DNA of 64,000 nt, taken from Ancylonema sp. (lineage: Eukaryota). The stretch covers positions 62,001-126,000 of the forward strand of contig JBFLGF010000003.1 in the NCBI GenBank assembly GCA_050230475.1. Direction: 5' to 3'. Position numbers and translations under genes: made by a program. Below are positions 1-12,300 of the stretch, one piece after another (the stretch's first letter is position 1; each line of letters begins with the position of its first letter). The notes under the pieces were generated by a model that did no database searches, was not told the DNA's origin, and was given only the letters and a program-made list of their open reading frames with translations.

Positions 1-57
1 TATTCCTCACTATGCTTGTGATTTTTAAAACTAAACCTCTCCACCTGTTTTTTACAG

Positions 58-2557
58 GTTGGCCTTGTAATCGGAAAAGCAGGAGAGACCATCAAGTATC
101 TTCAGCAGCAGTCGGGAGCTCGCATTCAGGTCACGCGGGATGCGGAGATTGATCCCAGTAATCCTACAAGGCCAGTGGAGCTCGTTGGAACTCCGGAGCA
201 AATAGAGCGAGCCGAGACACTTATCACAGAAGTCATCAGCGAGGTTGGATGGTCTGTCTTTCCACCGATGTCTAGCTAGGAGGTGTCCAATCACAACTTT
301 CTTCTCTTCTCTGGTGTCTTCGGTAGAATGCTGGTGAAGCTTTATGCGGCGGTCAGTTGGCGATGCTCATGTTTGCTTGGGTGTGTGGAGGCACAGCAGG
401 CAGGGATCGGGGGCTCTGGAGCTCTGGTAGCTCGGGGTTTTGGAGGACCGCCTCCAGATGCTATCAGCATTACGGTGCCGAACAACAAGGTGTGCGCTAA
501 TACCTGTTGGGTTGGAGTGGTGAAGAGCAGTGATATGTGCATTCGGTGGTTTCGTTTCCAGAGTTTTGGATGTCTCGTATCTTCTATCTTGCGAAGAGCT
601 TGTCTGACTTGATCGTGCGAAGTGGTTGAGCAGGTCGGCTTGATCATCGGCCGAGGTGGAGAGACCATAAAAAATCTGCAAATGCGTTCAGGGGCACGTA
701 TTCAGGTGACAACCCAGACGGAAAGAACATGTCTCAAATAACAAAACAAAGGTGCACAATAAAAAAATGTGATCTGTTCCTTGATCTGTGGGGTTTCGCG
801 AATATCGCCACACCTCATTCTGTTCCATATGGAGTGGTGTAGGTGCAACTCGGTGACCTGTAGGTGCAAAGTGATCGGGAAACAGATTCCACGGCGCCAG
901 AGAGAACTGTAACCATCATTGGGAACAAGAGGGCCACCGACATGGCGAAGGACATGATCTTGGATGTGATTGATGAAGTAAGTGGAACCATCTCCTCCCT
1001 CTCATGTCTATGCTGCTTGCTCGAAGGTCCCCTCGTTATGCCTCTTTGCTCGCACAGTCTGGTCACTCTCCTCGGAGACACGGCAGATGCAGTTACTGGT
1101 GTCAGACGTAGGAAGGATTGGAGGAGACGGTACATTGGCAGCAACAGCGCATTCTCAAATACATACCTCAGATATGCATTCTTTGACGTATAGAATTGGA
1201 AATGGACCGAACCTGTCCTTGCTAGAGGGTGTGCATCAGCAGTGGTGTACTGTGTGTGCTTGCTGACCCTGTGGGCCCTCCGCTTCGACCTCATCCGCCA
1301 TAAGAGCCTTGGGGAGGACCTGTACGACTCGGTTACTGGAAAGTATGAGCACTCTGCTCTGCCACTAAGTGTCATCTTCTATCTATCAAGTAATCGTCAA
1401 GTAGTTGTCAATAAGTATGTGAGAACCGTTGTGCTCGATTCACCTGATTTCCCGGTTCATGCATCCGAGCATATTAGCTGTGAGTATGGCAGCATATCTC
1501 ATCACCCTGCGTTGCCAGAATGACTGCCCTGAAATGTTACAATCACAAAATGCTTTTAGAGTGTCCATGGAGGCAGTCGGCCTGGCATGCTCTCTGTGGT
1601 CGGTCGGCTCTGTTTTGTCGGAGGGGTTCCGGAACCAGTAGGAAGGCAGAGGCGGGGAGAGGTGAAGTGCCAGCTGGCAGGGCAGAGAGCCGGAGGTGAG
1701 TCAGCAAGGGTAGAGGACAGAATGGTTCGGTTCCTTCCAGGTTCCTTCCTTCATTGCGTTGCTCTCGGCGGGTATCACTCTTGCCTTCCCTCTAAGCCCA
1801 CCCTGAGTGCTGCAGTCTTGTCCACTGCACGGATGCACGGATGCTGTGAGAAATCTGCGAATCACTGAACCGCCCCAGAGGCCCTTCCACTGCCCCAACC
1901 GTCTCCCCCTCGTCCCTCACAGCCGTAGGACCCACAGGCTCACTCACACCTCTGACTCGTGATTGGCAGAACCGTCCACGTGGGCCGCCAAACTTTGGGG
2001 GCGGGTATGGGGGAGGGAGGGGGGGGGGCGGTTACGGCCCCCCTCAACAGGGGTACGGGGGCGGCTATCAGGCGCCCTATCAAGCTCCTCCCCAGCAGTA
2101 TGGCGGCCCTCCCGGGCAGTATGGCGAATACCAGCAGCCGCCTCCTTATGGGGCCCCTCCTCCTGCATACGACTACTATGGGCAGCAGCAGCAGGCCCCA
2201 GCTGCAGCAGCAGCCCCAACTGCTGCGGGTGCGGCTGATCCCAACTATGCGTACAGTCAGCAGGGGCAGGGCTACTATGGGGGCTACCAGCAGCCTGCCC
2301 CAGCCACTGCAGCTGGGGGTTACCAGCAGCAGGGCGGTTATGCACAGCAGGCATACCAGGGGTATGGAGGGCAGACTGCGGCTCCTGCGTACGGCGGGTA
2401 TGGGGGCGGGGACCAGAGTTACCAGCAGCAGGGCTATGCCCAGCAGCAGTACTCGGGGGGCTACCAGCAGCCGGCAGCGGAAGGGGGCGGAGCTGCAGGG
2501 GGGTATGACTACGCAGCGGGACCCACCACGACGTCGAGTGCGCCCCCGAGTAGCTAG
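58..2557 (+). CDS. KH-domain RNA-binding protein (FUBP-like, two KH domains plus G/Y/Q-rich tail), copy 1; 5' part lies outside the window
   Basis: Spliced GT-AG exons give VGLVIGKAGETIKYLQQQSGARIQV and VPNNK/VGLIIGRGGETIKNLQMRSGARIQV (GxxG KH motifs). Last exon 1970-2557 is YGQQ/GGY low-complexity sequence ending in TAG. Confidence 0.9.
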
Positions 2558-3561
2558 AGGGGAGCCTGGTGGGTAGCCTCTTACTTGCATGCAGATGTTG
2601 AGCAATGCTTCTTTGCTTCATGCTATAGGGTTGGTGGAGGAGGCCTTCGTGATGTGCTGCTCTGTGGATGCTGCTGATGCATTGGAGAGTGGCTTTGTGG
2701 TGGTGGTGGCGAAGTGATGTGCGGAGGTCATGAGGGTCCGGCGTGGAGTTGCTAGGATTCTTGTTTCCGCATTGTAGGATGCTTCATGGTTGCTAGTGGT
2801 AGTATGGAGAGGTATGCTTTAGGGATGTTAGGGACAAGAATAATTGCTTATTTTGGAGTAATGTGTGAGTGATGTGATGTTGTTTGTGTGGACAATCTAT
2901 GTGTACGGAATTTCGTTTTAGTAAATGTCTGGAATCTCAAAATGTTAAATGTTGTACTTTTTTCATCTGTGTGTGGAGCCAACATGGAACATTCACATAA
3001 GTGAATCGAAGTTCACTCGTCACATTGTGTTTGACTTAGTGACAATACAAGTGAGGAGTAGGAGGCACCATTAGCATTAGCATGACATTGGTGATGGGAA
3101 TTCCCTTAATAAATCGATACACGTTCACGACAAAGTGCGGATCAGAGTTTTTGTGGCTCGTTTTAATGCACACGCGAAAGGAGCAAAGATTCAGAGTACA
3201 ACATTGTGTGTTGTGTTGTCGACGTCTGATGTCTATGACATCAAACTTAGATAAGGGTGGAGTGTCATCTGGCTGTGTTAGATCGTTTGCTAGAAATTGC
3301 AGCTATGGAATGCTACTGTTTCGCATTTCCAGTAACTGTGACGTGTCTGACCGTATCCATTATACATACCAGTGCATCGCCTACTCAAACATCGCTCACG
3401 AGGCATTTAAAATTTTCGACGACGAAGTCCTCGCTTAGAACCCTACTCGGGTGTTAGCCGCCAGGTTAACAACGTGCTAAGATAGGGAGAGAAGCAAGCG
3501 TTCTTGACTTCACGTTTACTGCAGCCGCAGTCGCTGTATTATAGCCTCTCAACGTTCGGCA

Positions 3562-6500
3562 ATGGCTGATGAGGAAGTCAACGTGCCAGGTGTAGTGGTT
3601 GAAGAAACTCCAGCGGTGGCAGAATATGCGGAACCCTCGGAGGTGCCAGTATCTGGGGAAGCATTAGCAGTTGAAGATCCGCCGGCAGCGGAGGCGCCCA
3701 CCATTGAGGCGTCTCCAGGTGTTGAGGACGTCCCTACGACGGAGAATGTGCCCGAGGCACAAGAAAGGGTGAAACGGAAGTTCGAGAATGTGGAGAGTTC
3801 TGGACCAGACGCAGTCAACGGACAGCAGGTTGTGAATGATGAGCAGCAGGGAGCTGGAGGGTTCGATGCGGAAGCTGCAAAACAGAAAGCCGCAGACCTG
3901 CGTAGCTGCCAAGTTTGCCTTGGAAGGAGAGGCGAAGAGGCCGAGAACAGACGAAGCTTATGACGGGAACGGAGACTATGGTTTCCCCGCAACAACAGAA
4001 CCTGCGGACGAAGCTTATGACGGGAACGGAGACTATGGTTCCCCGCAACAACAGAACCTGCGGCATCAGCTCGTATCTCTGGCTTCTCTGACGGTCCTGC
4101 CGCTTACAACGGTACGATGGCTGACAAGCTATCAAGGAGCACGGAAGACAAGGGTATGCATATGCTGATTATTCTTACAATTTTCTGCTGCAGAGGCTCC
4201 CCCTGGAGCTGGAGGCGAAAATTACAGTCACGCTCCAGACATGTCTCAGCAACAATCTTACTATCAGTCCGGTGGTGATGGATCAACGACCAAACGGATG
4301 GAGGTTCCGAATGCCAAGGTGTGTATGACAAGGGATGTTCCAGCTTCCGTCGTATTCCTCGCTATGATTGTGAATTTAAAGACTGAATCTCTCTATCATG
4401 CCTTGTTACAGGTTGGTCTTGTGATTGGAAAAGCAGGAGAGACCATCAAGTATCTGCAGCAGCAGTCGGGAGCTCGCATTCAGGTCACGCGGGATGCGGA
4501 GATTGATCCCAGTAATCCTACAAGGCCAGTGGAGCTCGTGGGAACTCCGGAGCAAATAGAGCGAGCCGAGACACTTATCACAGAAGTCATCAGCGAGGTT
4601 GGATGGTCTGTCTTTCCACCGATGTCTAGCTAGGAGGTGTCCAATCACAACTTTCTTCTCTTCTCTGGTGTCTTCGGTAGAATGCTGGTGAAGCTTTATG
4701 CGGCGGTCAGTTGGCGATGCTCATGTTTGCTTGGGTGTGTGGAGGCACAGCAGGCAGGGATCGGGGGCTCTGGAGCTCTGGTAGCTCGGGGTTTTGGAGG
4801 ACCGCCTCCAGATGCTATCAGCATTACGGTGCCGAACAACAAGGTGTGCGCTAATACCTGTTGGGTTGGAGTGGTGAAGAGCAGTGATATGTGCATTCGG
4901 TGGTTTCGTTTCCAGAGTTTTGGATGTCTCGTATCTTCTATCTTGCGAAGAGCTTGTCTGACTTGATCGTGCGAAGTGGTTGAGCAGGTCGGCTTGATCA
5001 TCGGCCGAGGTGGAGAGACCATAAAAAATCTGCAAATGCGTTCAGGGGCACGTATTCAGGTGACAACCCAGACGGAAAGAACATGTCTCAAATAACAAAA
5101 CAAAGGTGCACAATAAAAAAATGTGATCTGTTCCTTGATCTGTGGGGTTTCGCGAATATCGCCACACCTCATTCTGTTCCATATGGAGTGGTGTGGACCT
5201 GTAGGTGCAAAGTGATCGGGAAACAGATTCCACGGCGCCAGAGAGAACTGTAACCATCATTGGGAACAAGAGGGCCACCGACATGGCGAAGGACATGATC
5301 TTGGATGTGATTGATGAAGTAAGTGGAACCATCTCCTCCCTCTCATGTCTATGCTGCTTGCTCGAAGGTCCCCTCGTTATGCCTCTTTGCTCGCACAGTC
5401 TGGTCACTCTCCTCGGAGACACGGCAGATGCAGTTACTGGTGTCAGACGTAGGAAGGATTGGAGGAGACGGTACATTGGCAGCAACAGCGCATTCTCAAA
5501 TACATACCTCAGATATGCATTCTTTGACGTATAGAATTGGAAATGGACCGAACCTGTCCTTGCTAGAGGGTGTGCATCAGCAGTGGTGTACTGTGTGTGC
5601 TTGCTGACCCTGTGGGCCCTCCGCTTCGACCTCATCCGCCATAAGAGCCTTGGGGAGGACCTGTACGACTCGGTTACTGGAAAGTATGAGCACTCTGCTC
5701 TGCCACTAAGTGTCATCTTCTATCTATCAAGTAATCGTCAAGTAGTTGTCAATAAGTATGTGAGAACCGTTGTGCTCGATTCACCTGATTTCCCGGTTCA
5801 TGCATCCGAGCATATTAGCTGTGAGTATGGCAGCATATCTCATCACCCTGCGTTGCCAGAATGACTGCCCTGAAATGTTACAATCACAAAATGCTTTTAG
5901 AGTGTCCATGGAGGCAGTCGGCCTGGCATGCTCTCTGTGGTACGGTCGGCTCTGTTTTGTCGGAGGGGTTCCGGAACCAGTAGGAAGGCAGAGGCGGGGA
6001 GAGGTGAAGTGCCAGCTGGCAGGGCAGAGAGCCGGAGGTGAGTCAGCAAGGGTAGAGGACAGAATGGTTCGGTTCCTTCCAGGTTCCTTCCTTCATTGCG
6101 TTGCTCTCGGCGGGTATCACTCTTGCCTTCCCTCTAAGCCCACCCTGAGTGCTGCAGTCTTGTCCACTGCACGGATGCACGGATGCTGTGAGAAATCTGC
6201 GAATCACTGAACCGCCCCAGAGGCCCTTCCACTGCCCCAACCGTCTCCCCCTCGTCCCTCACAGCCGTAGGACCCACAGGCTCACTCACACCTCTGACTC
6301 GTGATTGGCAGAACCGTCCACGTGGGCCGCCAAACTTTGGGGGCGGGTATGGGGGAGGGAGGGGGGGGGGCGGTTACGGCCCCCCTCAACAGGGGTACGG
6401 GGGCGGCTATCAGGCGCCCTATCAAGCTCCTCCCCAGCAGTATGGCGGCCCTCCCGGGCAGTATGGCGAATACCAGCAGCCGCCTCCTTATGGGGCCCCT

Positions 6501-6899
6501 CCTCCTGCATACGACTACTATGGGCAGCAGCAGCAGGCCCCAGCTGCAGCAGCAGCCCCAACTGCTGCGGGTGCGGCTGATCCCAACTATGCGTACAGTC
6601 AGCAGGGGCAGGGCTACTATGGGGGCTACCAGCAGCCTGCCCCAGCCACTGCAGCTGGGGGTTACCAGCAGCAGGGCGGTTATGCACAGCAGGCATACCA
6701 GGGGTATGGAGGGCAGACTGCGGCTCCTGCGTACGGCGGGTATGGGGGCGGGGACCAGAGTTACCAGCAGCAGGGCTATGCCCAGCAGCAGTACTCGGGG
6801 GGCTACCAGCAGCCGGCAGCGGAAGGGGGCGGAGCTGCAGGGGGGTATGACTACGCAGCGGGACCCACCACGACGTCGAGTGCGCCCCCGAGTAGCTAG
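3562..6899 (+). CDS. KH-domain RNA-binding protein, copy 2, complete span but with apparent frameshifts in exon 1
   Basis: ATG 3562 (MADEEV...KRKFE); exons near 4194-4318 and 4411-4597, then the same exons as copy 1. Frame break near 3900 and a 57/56 bp internal tandem duplication at about 3951-4063. Confidence 0.85.
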
Positions 6900-8134
6900 A
6901 GGGGAGCCTGGTGGGTAGCCTCTTACTTGCATGCAGATGTTGAGCAATGCTTCTTTGCTTCATGCTATAGGGTTGGTGGAGGAGGCCTTCGTGATGTGCT
7001 GCTCTGTGGATGCTGCTGATGCATTGGAGAGTGGCTTTGTGGTGGTGGTGGCGAAGTGATGTGCGGAGGTCATGAGGGTCCGGCGTGGAGTTGCTAGGAT
7101 TCTTGTTTCCGCATTGTAGGATGCTTCATGGTTGCTAGTGGTAGTATGGAGAGGTATGCTTTAGGGATGTTAGGGACAAGAATAATTGCTTATTTTGGAG
7201 TAATGTGTGAGTGATGTGATGTTGTTTGTGTGGACAATCTATGTGTACGGAATTTCGTTTTAGTAAATGTCTGGAATCTCAAAATGTTAAATGTTGTACT
7301 TTTTTCATCTGTGTGTGGAGCCAACATGGAACATTCACATAAGTGAATCGAAGTTCACTCGTCACATTGTGTTTGACTTAGTGACAATACAAGTGAGGAG
7401 TAGGAGGCACCATTAGCATTAGCATGACATTGGTGATGGGAATTCCCTTAATAAATCGATACACGTTCACGACAAAGTGCGGATCAGAGTTTTTGTGGCT
7501 CGTTTTAATGCACACGCGAAAGGAGCAAAGATTCAGAGTACAACATTGTGTGTTGTGTTGTCGACGTCTGATGTCTATGACATCAAACTTAGATAAGGGT
7601 GGAGTGTCATCTGGCTGTGTTAGATCGTTTGCTAGAAATTGCAGCTATGGAATGCTACTGTTTCGCATTTCCAGTAACTGAGTCACCACTGCACAGCGGT
7701 GCCAAAAACGACGCATGAAGTGGAAGACAATCATCATGCCCACTCGATGAGACACAACCGATAATGACTTATGATCATCCTCCCAAAAAGATAGTCCGAC
7801 TCGACAACCAGTTAGGGTCTACCTTGCAAGGGGGTGTCTTTGGTCCACAAGATGTGGTCCGGATGCTGGCCATTTTCGGAACGGAGTCATTATCGTGCAA
7901 TGCTAGACAATCAATACATATTGTTATCATAATGATGGCCATAAGCACACATTCTCAATGGACAAAATGGAGTACAAACCTATGATACTACAATTTGCGT
8001 GGCATATGGCCCGTTGCTTTGCACCATGTAAACTTCGCTGTAAATTATGCTTCAATGTCTGGTCCCACGTGTGTGCAACACACGCGCCTTTCACCAAACA
8101 AAAGGTCCCATGAGATACCGTGGTTGAAAGAGAA

Positions 8135-8340
8135 TGCCGTGCCATCCAGCCTCGTCCACTCTGACACATGTAATGCCACTACACTAACGAGCATATCGAC
8201 ACGTGTCTCCCCACACGAGTGATCACACCTAATAACGAACGCCACATCACACGCGCAAACCCACACGTATGGACTAATGCTCTCCACACATGCATACCCA
8301 TGCCATGTGTCTAATTGCAATGTACCTCTCCCCATCATCT
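8135..8340. repeat. Fragment of the dispersed repeat family also found at about 21680-21810 and 43450-43700
   Basis: Shared words gccatc(c/t)agc.tcgtc.ac and actaacgagca.atcgacacgtgtctccc. Confidence 0.65.
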
Positions 8341-9395
8341 ACACCATCGGGTGCAAGAGCACAACTTGTACACATCTCCTACACCAGGTGCAAAATTATT
8401 CTCACTAAGATATACCCAAGGCAAGGCAATTGCTCGAGTTCCTAAACGTGAGTGTTCGAAACTGTAATAAGTGCGGCTACTCTGAATTCTGCCATAAGCT
8501 CGATCTATCGCCAAACCATCCGATCAATAACAGTGACGAATCGCAAGCAGAGATCTACCCCATGTACTAGCCGGGATGCAGACAATGCGATAACGGTGCA
8601 CAGTGTATGCAAAGATAACGTCGAACACCACTGAGGCACACTCTAAAACGATGAGGGTCACAGAGTTACAAAGAATGATTGTAAGGTCCTGGGTTGCCGC
8701 TAGAACCTAACGTCGTCACGATCCACATAATCATGATCCACACAGTCACCTAACCTCATTGCTTGACACAGTTGTTGTTTGTGTGGTTGACACTTGCCAA
8801 AGGTGGATGCATATGCCCGAATCGATTCGAATCTGCTCATCAATGTTGACAATTCTATGTCCAGATGTGTCTTGACGACTGTGTATAAATCGAACTCAAT
8901 ATTTTTGCGATAATTATTCATCAAGACGTAAAAGCTGCTTTGATTTTTTTTTGAAAAGCCGGAACTGCTAGACACAACTTTTACACCCACCCTCTTGTGT
9001 AAGATCTCTCCAACATATACTCTCGGACCTCTCTCTTCACTCCTTTTTATACCTTTTTTTTAAAAAAAAATGACATCTTCAAGAGACGATTTCGAACACA
9101 TTTCTCGAAGAGTTACTTCCCTACAACAATTGTAAAAGTGTTGCTACATTGATGACACCAACATGAGCTAAACGGTATCAACATCCAAGGGCGCAATTTG
9201 TTATGGCATGCCAACTAGCGATCTAAAAACAAGCCATAGCCGGGTTGAGGTTGAGAACTTACCACTCTCAAATCTTGATTCTCTACAATGTTATACAGTC
9301 AATAAAAAAAAGGAAAACACCCCTCTCGACATAGGATCTGGACATTCACATTATATTACATAATGTACTTCATGTACATACAACACAAATAGGAG

Positions 9396-12300
9396 TCAAT
9401 CAATACTGAGATCGAACATAGGGAGTCCTAGGTCCTCCAAAGAGGGGCGTATGCTATCTACATCGGTAACGATGAGAATGGCTTGTTTGTCTGGATGTAA
9501 GTGTCGTTTTGCAACTCGAAGCACATCGTCCCCAGTCGTTTCTTCGATGCCTTGTTTGTATCGGAAAATGTAATCTTGATCTATTCCAAACAATTCGTAC
9601 GTCATAATTCGACTCAATTGAGCACCCCTGCGACACATGTCAAGGGACAAAACGCCATCCTTGTTTGTGTCCCCCCTCGCAATACATGAAAAGCACAGTA
9701 TTGTCCATAAACTCAAGCGCGCACATATTGGTGATGAAACTGCAAGCCTCCATATACAACTCTACTAGTGTGTGTTTGCAATGCAACGATTTAAAATTCA
9801 AGAACGCCTTCCAAACTTCCGAAAAGCCAGTCATCATGACAGATCGGAACGGAAAGTTTCACAAACATATCACAACAGCAACGCATCATATGTAGATTAC
9901 GAAACAACATATGTACAACACAACATATCTATAACACAACATTTGCACCCTCGATTCCCATCTCCCTCGCAGCATCGAGTACTCGGGTTACTCACGAGTC
10001 CGCAAAGTTGAAGACAAATGAGTTAAGGGACGAATCTTTGGCCTGTGACAGCTCCTCTGCATCCCCACCCCCCTCCCCATCTCTTTCACTCACATCTCCC
10101 TCGGAAATTAGGGTTTCAATATGAGGAACGACTGCAAGACTGCAAGATGGCATGGTGCCAACTAGGACCTCCCACCATCCACGTGTCTCATTTCTCACTC
10201 ACATGTCTGAGCCCCATACAATGCAGGATGCCCTCAACTCCGTTAGCCATCCATTGTCCCACAAAGTGCACCCCCCCCTTTTACTTCATCCTCCACCCAT
10301 CACCCCTCCCTGCAGTGGGAGGCTCTGTCATCACATCATTCAGCACGTGCTGAACCGCTTTCACAAATTGTGGGATCGAGGTCACCCGACTCTCCCCTCC
10401 TGCCACAAACGCCCCCTGCACCCACATCCACCTCCCGGTCACCCACAGGCTGCTTCAAGGCTGGGTGCTCGAGGATAGGGGCCCACTCTGTGCTCCATGG
10501 CTGGGGCCCACCCGCCAGAGACGGAATAGGCCAGCCCATCTCTCGAACGAACCTGAAGATATCCATCCCCTCCTCCCTATCAGCTGCTGTTGACAACAAT
10601 ACATACGTTCATACATTCATATACACATACATACATACACACATACATACAAACATACACACATATATTCATACATTCCTACAACCATACAACCATACAC
10701 ATACGTTGTATGCAACCATGTGTTTCCTGCACACATTCAACAGAAGCGATGAGCCTTGTGCCGCTTGCCCACCTCGTTGAACAGCCTGCCCCCGAACCCG
10801 TTCAGCTCCGAGTTGAGCACGTCCAGAGCAAAGACGTCGGGATCATCCAAACTCGTCCCCAGCTCTGCCATCCGCACATACCTGCCACCCTCCCCCACCT
10901 CCCCTCAAACCTATGCTCTCAACTCACCCACCCGCCTCACCCACCCTGCCTCCCACCCTTGCGTCAGCCCTGGCCGGTCGATGAGGTATAATCCTGGGGC
11001 GCTGGAGCTAATGCCTGCCTCCTCGCTCACTTGAGGGGGGGCGTTTAGGGGGAGTGGGGGGGGCCCTCCACTCCAACTCCCTAGGGAGGAGAGAATGAGG
11101 TTTTCGGCAGCAGTGGAATCGAAATCGCCCCATAAGCCGAGGACGGCCTGGTCTGGCCTGCAGCGCAAGCATGGGTATGATGAGCACAGAGGGGATGGGG
11201 GGTGGGGGGTGGGGGGTGGCAGGTCTCACCGATAAGTGGCGGCGTGGAAGGCGAGGAGGTCGGATGGGGTTATGGCCTTCACACCATGGGGTTCTGGGAC
11301 GCGCGCGTAGGGACTGCCGGCGCCGTAGAGCAGTTTGGGGAGCTCCCTGCTTGCAATGCCCCCTGGCTGTTCCACAGGAGAGGGGACACACGGGATGACA
11401 CGTTGGAAAAGTGAAGAATGTGGGGGGATGACGTCAGCATGGTGGAGACATGGGTGGCTGCTGACATCATCGTTGCGACGTGCTAGCACCCCCAGGAGCT
11501 GCCGCCGAACGAGGTCCAGCTTGTCTTGCGGCATGGCGGGATGGAGCACCACTGCACAGTTGTAGAAAGGAGTGAAGGAGTGAGGGTATGTGAGTGGAGA
11601 TGATTGGAGGCAGGGCCAGACATAGGCATATAATATAATAATTGGGCAAATAAGCAGGGACAGGAGGGGTTAGTCACCGTCTGTAAACAGCCCAAACACC
11701 TCCTCCATGTCCTCCCGCAAGCAGCGAAAAGCCACACTCATCTCAGACACCCCCGCTCCTGACTCGATCCGCGCAGCCATGGACTGCCATCCCCCTCCAG
11801 CGACCCAGTGGTTAAGTATACATCCGGGTGGATGGGGGTGCAAGCTTAGAAGCTTAGAAGCTTAGAAGCTTAGAAGCTTAGAAGCTTAGAAGCTTAGAAG
11901 CTTAGAAGCTTAGAAGCTTAGAAGCTTAGAAGCTTAGAAGCTGACCTCCAGGAGTGCGTTGAGATCGTCTCCTGGGAGAGCTGTGGTCCCTCCTCCGCGC
12001 TGCACTGCCCCTGTCACGGAAGCCAAGCCCACCTGCGCTCGATGCAGACAGAGGCCAGGGGTCAGGTGCTGTTGTCAAGAAGAAGGTTGCAGAGAATGCA
12101 AGGGGTGGTGGCAGTGAGAGGGGGTGAGGTTGCGACACCTTGTCTATCGGGTCGGACATGCCTCCTCCTTTCACCAGAATCTGGCCTCCAACCTTGGATA
12201 CCAGACACAGTCACGCACAAAAGTCCTGGTTAGTGCTCATGTGCTCATGGGTGGATGCAAGCTGCATGCAGGTACACAGACAGGCTGGCAAGTGCAGTGC

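Larger units (their letters stand above)
1..7680. repeat. Tandem duplication: about 1-3339 equals about 4354-7680
   Basis: Essentially identical from about 190 onward except a 13 bp indel near 840 and a 1 bp indel near 1600; the first 190 bp are visibly diverged. Confidence 0.95.

Noticed and set aside
815..1375. 186-224 aa minus-strand ORFs (also 5042-5716)
   Set aside because: Antisense to a KH exon and intron, with no recognisable motif.
1940..2621. Long overlapping ORFs on both strands (also 6282-6963)
   Set aside because: Shadow frames of the GC-rich, low-complexity last KH exon.
8700..8990. Possible transposase fragment
   Set aside because: Only a vague resemblance, with no diagnostic motif.
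11842..11942. CRISPR array or telomere
   Set aside because: No spacers, eukaryotic intron context, and not a TTTAGGG-type unit.
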